A stretch of 32,000 bases of DNA from Candidatus Arthromitus sp. SFB-mouse-Japan (GTDB taxonomy: Bacteria > Bacillota > Clostridia > Clostridiales > Clostridiaceae), in the NCBI RefSeq assembly GCF_000270205.1, contig NC_015913.1:150001-182000 (forward strand), written 5' to 3'. Shown one piece after another: positions 25,279 to 32,000 of this stretch. The notes beneath the pieces are model-generated. The model saw nothing but the letters and a program-made list of their open reading frames with translations. It ran no database searches and had not been told where the DNA came from. The stretch's first letter is position 1; every line of letters starts with the position of its first letter. Position numbers and translations under genes: made by a program.

Positions 25279-26154
25279 TTGGAAAATAATGATATTAATT
25301 ATAAACTAGATGAAGTGGATGATATTAGTAAAACGCATCTTTATGATGAGATAAATCTTTATAGAGCTACGGTATATACAAACTTTATATTAAATTTTAT
25401 ATTATACAAGCCACCATATAATTTACCAAATGAGCTTGTATTAGATAATACTGGATTTTATTACGTTTATGATGCGGATAAAACTTTAGTTAATGGTGAA
25501 TCTATTAATTTATCAATTGGTGTTAAAGGTACATTTATGGTACTTAGAGCCTTAAATGGGAATAAAACGCTCCAAATAAATTTATCAGATACTTTAACTG
25601 AAATTAATAATTATAGTTTAGATTATAAATGTTTAGATACACCATATGGATTTAAGTTATCAGATGTTATAAATAACTTGGGAACAGATTTAAATGATAT
25701 AAAAATAAATTTTAAGGATGGAGATGGTCAGGGAGATGCAAATCTTTCATTGATTCAAACGGGATTTTCTGTAAAGGATGATGGTGAGAAAACAGTAACA
25801 TTTAATTTCACTATAGAAAATAATGGAAGTGAAGTTGCGAGAAAAGTATTATTTAAGGATATTTTACCTAATAGTGTTAGTTTAAATCTTGCAGGAATTT
25901 ATATAAATTCAGTTTATCCAAATAGTAGGGATGTAAAATTAAATTCTAAGAGTTTATTTGTTAGGGTTCCTGATATATCTGTTGGTGAGTCTGTTACTTT
26001 AACAATTGTTTGTAGATTAAACGATGAATCTTGTAATGAATTTAATGTTGGGGTTATAAGTTATGTTTCAAAGGTGGTTCCTGATGGAACGGGAGCACAA
26101 GCATCCAACATAACAATTAAGCAGATTGTTAGTAATTCTAAGGAGATACAATAG
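25279..26154 (+). CDS. Paralogue A of a leaderless two-domain protein family (unknown N-domain, YGFKLS motif, DUF11-like C-domain)
   Basis: TTG start after SD AAAGGAG; 291 aa. Motifs: PPYNLPNELVLDNTGFYY, CLDTPYGFKLSDV, TFNFTIENNGSEVARKVLFKDILPNS, LFVRVPDISVGESVTLTIVC, NVGVISYV. Confidence 0.7.
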   Translation: MENNDINYKLDEVDDISKTHLYDEINLYRATVYTNFILNFILYKPPYNLPNELVLDNTGFYYVYDADKTLVNGESINLSIGVKGTFMVLRALNGNKTLQINLSDTLTEINNYSLDYKCLDTPYGFKLSDVINNLGTDLNDIKINFKDGDGQGDANLSLIQTGFSVKDDGEKTVTFNFTIENNGSEVARKVLFKDILPNSVSLNLAGIYINSVYPNSRDVKLNSKSLFVRVPDISVGESVTLTIVCRLNDESCNEFNVGVISYVSKVVPDGTGAQASNITIKQIVSNSKEIQ

Positions 26155-26283
26155 CTAAGAAACTATTTATAATTAGTAACACTTAATAGTTTATGCTCAT
26201 ATACTTAAAATAAAAAACTTAATAGTTTTATTTTTAATATATGGGGACGAATTTATAATTGATTTTAATAAAATGAGAAATGT

Positions 26284-26312
26284 AAGGTGCCTCTTATTTT
26301 GGGCACCTTTTT
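26284..26312 (+). terminator. Putative terminator after paralogue A
   Basis: AAGGTGCC (26284-26291) pairs with GGCACCTT (26302-26309) with a 10-nt loop, then TTT. Confidence 0.45.
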
Positions 26313-26335
26313 AAATTAGATTGGAGAGTGAAATT

Positions 26336-26500
26336 ATGAATAACAATATTCCAAAAAAAGGAAATAGAGAGATTTTTAATAGTGAGGTTCCGTTTTCGAT
26401 ATATGAAATTGAGAAAATTATTTCAGGAGATAATTTGAATTCTAATTTTAGAGAGGAAAATGGAGGTCATTATAAAGTAGAAGAAATTTTAGACAAATAA
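26336..26500 (+). CDS. Hypothetical 54-aa protein inside the paralogue array (below the ORF-track cutoff)
   Basis: ATG 26336 follows SD GGAGAGTG. Translation: MNNNIPKKGNREIFNSEVPFSIYEIEKIISGDNLNSNFREENGGHYKVEEILDK*. It starts right after the terminator and ends 43 nt before paralogue B. Confidence 0.4.
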   Translation: MNNNIPKKGNREIFNSEVPFSIYEIEKIISGDNLNSNFREENGGHYKVEEILDK

Positions 26501-26543
26501 GATAACGAATTATTTTAGAAATTTATTTTAAGAGGTTATTAAA

Positions 26544-27440
26544 ATGGAACAAGATAAATTAAAAGATATAAATGATCTTAAGGCTATTATGGATTTTAGA
26601 GTGGATGAAAACATTACTCAAATTAAGTTTAATATTAAGTTGGTTCATCCTCCATATAATTTTTCTGGCATAAGTAATCAATTAATCTTAGATAATTTAG
26701 GAAAATTATATAGTTTAAATTCTAAGGGAACAAATACTTTGGATGGTGAATCGTATTCTTTCCCACTTAATATAGAGGGTTTATTTGTAGATATTAATAC
26801 GGTTAATGATGATAGAATTTTAGAACTAGATTTAGAATTATCTAAAAATGAGGTTTCTAATTCAAATAAATGTATGGATACTCCTTATGGATTTAAATTA
26901 TCTCAGATTGCTAATAATGTAGGAGATAATAGTACACTTAATATTACAAACGGTGTAAATGGGGATGCAGCATTAGATAATAATATGATGAAGTCTGGGG
27001 CTAATTTGATTATCAATCAAAGGGCATTTTCTATAAGAAGAGGTGGTAGTAAGTACTTCTTATTTAATTTTAATATTAAAAATGTAGGAGAATTTAGTGC
27101 TCAGAGGGTATTATTTAAGGATATTATACCTAATGGATTAGTTTTGTGTAATAGGGGAATGTTTATTAAAAATAGTGGATCTCCAATGATGAGAATATCG
27201 AGTGATAATTATACGATAAATGGAAGAGAGTTATTTTTAACGCTTCAAAATATTGATAAAAACAATAGCATTTCTTTAATTTTAGTGTGTTTAGAAAGTT
27301 CATCTTGTCATATGAGTGATTTTAATGTTGGGTGTTTAAGTTATGTTTCTTATTATGGTGTTAATGATGCTACAACACCGACTAGCTCTAGAACCTTAGT
27401 TATAAATGATCTTAGTAATATAAAAAAACTTTTTAATTAG
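26544..27440 (+). CDS. Paralogue B of the leaderless two-domain family
   Basis: 298 aa, SD AAGAGG. Motifs: PPYNFSGISNQLILDNLGKLY, CMDTPYGFKLSQI, LFNFNIKNVGEFSAQRVLFKDIIPNG, LFLTLQNIDKNNSISLILVC, NVGCLSYV. Confidence 0.7.
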   Translation: MEQDKLKDINDLKAIMDFRVDENITQIKFNIKLVHPPYNFSGISNQLILDNLGKLYSLNSKGTNTLDGESYSFPLNIEGLFVDINTVNDDRILELDLELSKNEVSNSNKCMDTPYGFKLSQIANNVGDNSTLNITNGVNGDAALDNNMMKSGANLIINQRAFSIRRGGSKYFLFNFNIKNVGEFSAQRVLFKDIIPNGLVLCNRGMFIKNSGSPMMRISSDNYTINGRELFLTLQNIDKNNSISLILVCLESSSCHMSDFNVGCLSYVSYYGVNDATTPTSSRTLVINDLSNIKKLFN

Positions 27441-27461
27441 TCAAAGGGGCAGCAGATTAAT

Positions 27462-28376
27462 ATGAATGATTTTATAGAAACTGGATCAAAGATAACCCCA
27501 AGGGTTTTATCAAGTAATGAAAACGTAGATTCTAATACTAAAAATAATAGAAAATATACAATTTATTTGATTAACAAAGCTCTTAATGAAAATCCAAAAG
27601 GCATAATTAATCGACTTATTTTAGATAATTGGGGAGATTATTATTATGATTATAGGGTGACGGATTTAAATTCATTAATTGCACCACTTGAGTTTAATTC
27701 TTATGGATTTTCCTTTATCTTATCTTCTTTGAATGAAGATAGATATGTGAAAATTAATTTATATAAAAACCCTCAAGAGGGGATGCGTAACTTGCTTTCT
27801 CCAAGAGATACAAATAAAAGATCTTTATGTACTGACACTCCTTATGGATTTAAATTATCTCAAATTATGGATAATCTTTTAGATATTGATCAGATATCCT
27901 TAGATGGTAAACCGGATGGGGAAAATTTTGATGGTATTATGTATCCAGAGCTTACAATAACCCAAAATATTAATATAGATCGCGATAATTCATGTAATTA
28001 CGCCATTTTCAAATTTAATATATTAAATCCAAATGTTTCAGGAAAAACGGTTTTAGTTGCGAGGAGGATTTTATTTAAGGATATACTTCCATTAGGAACT
28101 TTATTTAAAGAAGTGCTTTTAAATGGAAGGAAGTGTGATAAAGAATTTGTTAATTTAGATGGAAGAAGATTGTTTGTAAAATTACCTATCATAAAAGAAG
28201 GGGAATCTGTTGAGCTTAGTGTTGTGTGTTTAATAGATGAATTTAGTGGAGAGGCTTTAAACACAGGAGCTTTAGTTTATGTTTTTAATAATTTATTTAA
28301 TGCGGAAGAAAATTCGCTTACAACTAAGGTTTACACACTTTTAAGCAATTCATTAAGTTTGGGAGATATGATTTAA
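27462..28376 (+). CDS. Paralogue C of the leaderless two-domain family
   Basis: 304 aa, 21 nt after B, SD AAAGGGG. Motifs: RLILDNWGDYYY, CTDTPYGFKLSQI, IFKFNILNP..ARRILFKDILPLG, LFVKLPIIKEGESVELSVVC, NTGALVYV. Confidence 0.7.
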   Translation: MNDFIETGSKITPRVLSSNENVDSNTKNNRKYTIYLINKALNENPKGIINRLILDNWGDYYYDYRVTDLNSLIAPLEFNSYGFSFILSSLNEDRYVKINLYKNPQEGMRNLLSPRDTNKRSLCTDTPYGFKLSQIMDNLLDIDQISLDGKPDGENFDGIMYPELTITQNINIDRDNSCNYAIFKFNILNPNVSGKTVLVARRILFKDILPLGTLFKEVLLNGRKCDKEFVNLDGRRLFVKLPIIKEGESVELSVVCLIDEFSGEALNTGALVYVFNNLFNAEENSLTTKVYTLLSNSLSLGDMI

Positions 28377-28450
28377 AGGAGTAACTTTTTGATTCTTATT
28401 TTCATATAGTTAAAATAAAATATTTTATTATTTTTATGAGGATGAGATTT

Positions 28451-29458
28451 ATGGATCATAATAAAATTGATGATGTGAAAGAGACTTCACAAACGTGTGA
28501 TACATCTTTTGAAGTGGGAGGAGATCCTTTTACTTTTTGTAAGATTCAGGGCATTATTGAAGAAAGTGAAAACTTTGATCATAGTAATTCAGATGAATAC
28601 GCTATATGTTTTGATGTAAATTGTAATTGCAATGAGAATTTAATGGACTCAAATTACAGTAATTCCAATGAAAAATGTTCTAATATATCAAAATATTTTT
28701 TAGAAGTTATTTTGAAAAGCTCAGGAGATAATTCTTATAGTATTGCTAACAATTTAATATTAGATAGTTGTGGAAAGTATACTTGTGATATTAATCAATT
28801 TGTATTAGATGGGAATCAATTTTTCCCAAATATATATAAGGTAGGAATACTTGAAAATATATATGCAAGAAATAGTGATAGATGTTTGGAATTTAGTTTG
28901 TGTGATGTGAGAGATGGTTGTGAAGAGTGTAGTGAAGATGAGAAAGCAGACACATCTTATGGATTTAAATTATCTCAAATCATATCAAATTTGGGAGATT
29001 TATCACAAATAACTAAAGATTTAACCGTTAATGAGTTTGGGAATATTGAATTTACGCAAAAAGCTGTTATATTTAGTAAATATAATAGGAAGCATATAAT
29101 TTTTAGTTTTAAGCTTAAAAATGTGGGAAGTAATACTGCTAGTAAGATATTATTTAAGGATGTATTACCAGGTGGCGTATGTATTTACGATAATGCAATT
29201 TTTATAAATGGCAAATATGTAAATAAAGATAACCTAAGTATGGATGGGAGAAGAATCATTATAAAATTTGATGATATTGGTGCAGATGAGGAGATTGATT
29301 TAATAATGGTTGGATCAATGCAAGATGGGTATGAGTCCATTAATTGTGGAGTCTTAACGTATGTTAGTGGATTTAAAGAAACTTATGGTGTTAAAGTAAT
29401 GAGTGTTGTTCAGGTTTTAAGTAATATTAAAGCTTTAAAATTAAAAGGATGTAATTAA
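28451..29458 (+). CDS. Paralogue D of the leaderless two-domain family, with Cys-rich N-terminal half
   Basis: ATG 28451 (8 nt after GAGGA) is preferred; the track start is 28436. Motifs: NLILDSCGKY, ADTSYGFKLSQI, IFSFKLKNVGSNTASKILFKDVLPGG, IIIKFDDIGADEEIDLIMV, NCGVLTYV. Confidence 0.7.
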   Translation: MDHNKIDDVKETSQTCDTSFEVGGDPFTFCKIQGIIEESENFDHSNSDEYAICFDVNCNCNENLMDSNYSNSNEKCSNISKYFLEVILKSSGDNSYSIANNLILDSCGKYTCDINQFVLDGNQFFPNIYKVGILENIYARNSDRCLEFSLCDVRDGCEECSEDEKADTSYGFKLSQIISNLGDLSQITKDLTVNEFGNIEFTQKAVIFSKYNRKHIIFSFKLKNVGSNTASKILFKDVLPGGVCIYDNAIFINGKYVNKDNLSMDGRRIIIKFDDIGADEEIDLIMVGSMQDGYESINCGVLTYVSGFKETYGVKVMSVVQVLSNIKALKLKGCN

Positions 29459-29471
29459 TTACATCCTTTTT
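29443..29471 (+). terminator. Intrinsic terminator after paralogue D
   Basis: Perfect palindrome AAAAGGATGTAATT/AATTACATCCTTTT (29443-29470) containing the stop codon, followed by a further T. Confidence 0.6.
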
Positions 29472-29640
29472 GTATTTACATAAAAATATTTTGAATAGGA
29501 GAAAATAACAGTATTAAATAAATATAACAATTTATTAATATACTATGAATAAGGTTATTAACAGTATAATGAACCAATTATTTGAAAATAATAAGTTAGT
29601 GTTTATAGTAGATAACTACACTTATTAGGGGGATATATAC

Positions 29641-30960
29641 ATGATTTTAAGAAGAAATAGTTCTAGTCTATTTGTAGTTTTTTTATTAATTGTCTTAAGC
29701 CTTATAGTATTGTTTTTATCATCGAGAGTTGTTAAAGGAATAAAAGTTAAAAATGAAATTAATGTTAAAGTTTGTAAGGTTCAATCTGGCAATGTTCAAG
29801 ATCAAATTGATGTAAGGGTAATTGTAAAGTCCCAAAATTATAAGGAATATTATGGGAATCAATTGAGGATCAGAAAACTATATGTGAAACATGGAGATTA
29901 TGTTGAAAAGGGTAAAAAGCTTTTATCTTTTGATAATAATGATATTATGAGTCAGTATACCCAAGCGAAGATACAACTTGAAAATGCTGTATTACAAAAG
30001 AATCAAATGCTAATAACAAGAGATAATTTTAAAAAACAGAGGATTGCCTTACAAGAAGAGATAGACAGATTAAGGGAAGATCAAGAGGATAATGAGAGCT
30101 TTATTGCAGAACTTGAAGAATCTTTTGAAGATAAAAAAACATTATCTTCAAAGAATGGTTTAACTATATCTGATTATAGTGAAGAAATTGATAAGCTTAT
30201 AAAAGAGAGTGAGGGATTAAGAAAAATTTCATTAGAATTGGAAAGGCAAATGGATACTATACCTGAGATTACAGATGATCAAATAAAGCTTTTAGATAAT
30301 GCTATAGTTTTAGCAGAGAATAGTCTGAAGAATATCTCAGATAAAATTGAGATGTGTAAAGATATAACAGCTGATTTTAATGGAGTTATTACGGATATAA
30401 AAGTAAACGAAGGGAGTTATACTCAACCAGGATCGGTGATACTTGTTCTTCAGGATCTTCAAAATGTAAAGGGTATCTCTTTAATTCCCCAACAAAATAT
30501 TTCAAGTGTAAAAGTTGGGCAAGAAATTGTAATAAACGATCCTATTGGTGTGTATAACGGGAAAATAACAGCTATAAGTGATTTAGCAGTGAATTCTAAC
30601 AATTATTTGAATATTATAAATGAAGATATGAGGGATAATTATTTAGTTGCTGATATTGAGATATTAAATCCTAATGATAAATTAAAGGTTGATTTTGATT
30701 TAAATGGGAAAATTAATTTAGATAATACAATGGATATTTTAAGGATACCAATAGAGTGTATTTTATATGATGAATCTAATACTCCTTATGTGTTTATAGT
30801 TAAAAATAATATCGCTTGTAAAAATATTATATATCCAGGGAAAGTTTCCAATAATTACATAGAAATTGTTGGGGGTATAACTTTAAATGATAGCGTGATT
30901 TTAAATCCTCCCAAAACTTTATCTGACAAGACAAAGGTAAAGGTTGTGTCAAATAAATGA
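29641..30960 (+). CDS. Membrane-fusion / periplasmic-adaptor family protein (HlyD/MacA/YknX type)
   Basis: N-terminal TM anchor. Lipoyl-like half-motifs (VKHGDYVEKGKKLLSFD; ITADFNGVITDIKVNEGSYTQPGSVILVLQD) flank a long coiled coil. The C-terminal region is beta-rich. Confidence 0.8.
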   Translation: MILRRNSSSLFVVFLLIVLSLIVLFLSSRVVKGIKVKNEINVKVCKVQSGNVQDQIDVRVIVKSQNYKEYYGNQLRIRKLYVKHGDYVEKGKKLLSFDNNDIMSQYTQAKIQLENAVLQKNQMLITRDNFKKQRIALQEEIDRLREDQEDNESFIAELEESFEDKKTLSSKNGLTISDYSEEIDKLIKESEGLRKISLELERQMDTIPEITDDQIKLLDNAIVLAENSLKNISDKIEMCKDITADFNGVITDIKVNEGSYTQPGSVILVLQDLQNVKGISLIPQQNISSVKVGQEIVINDPIGVYNGKITAISDLAVNSNNYLNIINEDMRDNYLVADIEILNPNDKLKVDFDLNGKINLDNTMDILRIPIECILYDESNTPYVFIVKNNIACKNIIYPGKVSNNYIEIVGGITLNDSVILNPPKTLSDKTKVKVVSNK

Positions 30961-31616
30961 TGATGAGTCTTAAGAATATAACAAAGTTTTATAAAGATGG
31001 AAATTTAGAGTATAGAGCTTTATATAATATTTCTTTTGATATAGATTATGGAGAATATGTTTTTATATATGGGGGAAGCGGATCTGGTAAAACTACGTTA
31101 TTAAACATTTTAGGATGTATGGATACTTTTGATTATGGTAAGTATACTTTTTGTGATATGGATATAGGAAATAAAAAAGATATTGAATTATCTAGACTTA
31201 GAAATGAAAAATTCGGTTTTATATCTAACAGTATTAAGTTGATACCTGAGCTTAATTTATTTGAAAATGTTGGAATACCACTTTTGTATTCAAAATTCTC
31301 AAAAGAAGAAAAAAGAGAAAGAATACTCAAATATTTGTCTATGTTTTCTATAGAGAAATATAAATATTTATCTATTGACTCTTTGTGTAAAAAAGATAAG
31401 CAAATGGCTTGTATAGCTAGAGCGTTAGTTGGAGGAGCTAAGATAATTATAGGAGATGAGCCTTGTAAGTACTTAGAAAGAAGTGATTGTAAAGAAATAT
31501 TTGAAATTCTTTTTAGTCTAAATAAACAAGGTATTACTTTAATAATAAGTGGGGCTGAATTAAATCCATACTTAGATGTTGGTAAAGTTATAAATTTAAG
31601 AGATGGAATGATGTAG
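30957..31616 (+). CDS. ABC transporter nucleotide-binding protein, MacB/LolD/YknY type, with degenerate catalytic motifs
   Basis: ATGA overlap with the adaptor gene. Walker A GGSGSGKTT and Walker B IIIGDE are present. However, FGFISN replaces FGFVFQ (Q-loop), SLCKKDKQMACIARAL replaces LSGGQxQRVAIARAL, EPCKYLE replaces EPTGxLD, and LIISGAE replaces the VTH(D/E) H-loop. Confidence 0.8.
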   Translation: MMMSLKNITKFYKDGNLEYRALYNISFDIDYGEYVFIYGGSGSGKTTLLNILGCMDTFDYGKYTFCDMDIGNKKDIELSRLRNEKFGFISNSIKLIPELNLFENVGIPLLYSKFSKEEKRERILKYLSMFSIEKYKYLSIDSLCKKDKQMACIARALVGGAKIIIGDEPCKYLERSDCKEIFEILFSLNKQGITLIISGAELNPYLDVGKVINLRDGMM

Positions 31617-31639
31617 TATAAATTTATTAGGAGGTAGTT

Positions 31640-32000
31640 TTGATTATTGATGATATAAATTTATCCATCAAGATAATTTTGAGAAATAAATTTAGAACAT
31701 TTATAGCGATAATTGGAATAGTCACAGGGGTTAGCTTACTTATAGTTACATTTTCATTATTAAAAATTGGAGAGATGAAGATTTTATCTAATATAGATAA
31801 AATAGGAAAAAATATTATAAAGATAAATATGATAAATTCTGAAAATTCTGATAAATATTTAAAATATTATTTTAATTTTGAAGATATAAAATCTCTAAAG
31901 AATTCAAGTTTATCAATAAATTCAATTTCCCCAGAAGCTTATTTTAAGGGTACTATAAGTAATGAATTTGATAACTTAACATCTTATGTTATAGGTGGTA
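31640..32000 (+). CDS. MacB/FtsX-type ABC permease, N-terminal part (runs off the window)
   Basis: TTG 31640 follows SD AGGAGG. LRNKFRTFIAIIGIVTGVSLLIV is the typical first TM helix, followed by the extracytoplasmic domain. The frame is open to nt 32000. Confidence 0.75.
   Translation, partial: MIIDDINLSIKIILRNKFRTFIAIIGIVTGVSLLIVTFSLLKIGEMKILSNIDKIGKNIIKINMINSENSDKYLKYYFNFEDIKSLKNSSLSINSISPEAYFKGTISNEFDNLTSYVIGG

Noticed and set aside
25279-29458. The paralogue array as sortase-anchored pilins or adhesins, or as Sec-secreted toxins
   Set aside because: No signal peptide, LPXTG/sorting signal, pilin motif or adjacent sortase is present in any of the four proteins.

Overview
AT-rich, Clostridium-like Firmicutes chromosome segment. 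Nt 1 to ~6960 is the right end of a contractile-tail prophage. It carries a baseplate J C-terminus, a DUF2313/XkdU-like protein, a LamG-like protein, two repeat-rich tail fibres, a holin and an Amidase_2 endolysin. These are followed by an antisense three-gene accessory cassette (DUF2442, XRE-HTH, DUF4160) and a scar made of 5'-truncated second copies of DUF4160 and of the endolysin 3' end. From ~7.0 kb the genes are host genes: a low-complexity protein, signal peptidase I, a HelD-type helicase, a CDF transporter, an aspartokinase-lysA operon that also holds an unknown gene and an M18 aminopeptidase, ispF, a pseudouridine synthase, an RsgI-like membrane protein, a DUF4163/DUF3298 protein, a DUF1540 protein and YitT. 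Three things stand out. (i) An ArsC/Spx-fold gene (22503-22865) is interrupted by an in-frame TGA exactly at the active-site Cys position, with a SECIS-like hairpin just downstream; this candidate selenoprotein is split by the ORF track. (ii) At 25.3-29.5 kb there are four tandem, strongly diverged paralogues of a leaderless two-domain protein (unrecognised N-domain, YGFKLSQI motif, DUF11-like Ig-fold C-domain) plus an unlisted 54-aa ORF. (iii) Next to them is a MacAB/YknXYZ-type exporter whose ATPase keeps Walker A/B but has lost the Q-loop Gln, LSGGQ, the D-loop and the H-loop His. No rRNA, tRNA, CRISPR array, integrase or transposase was recognised. All family calls come from motif recognition by eye, not database searches.
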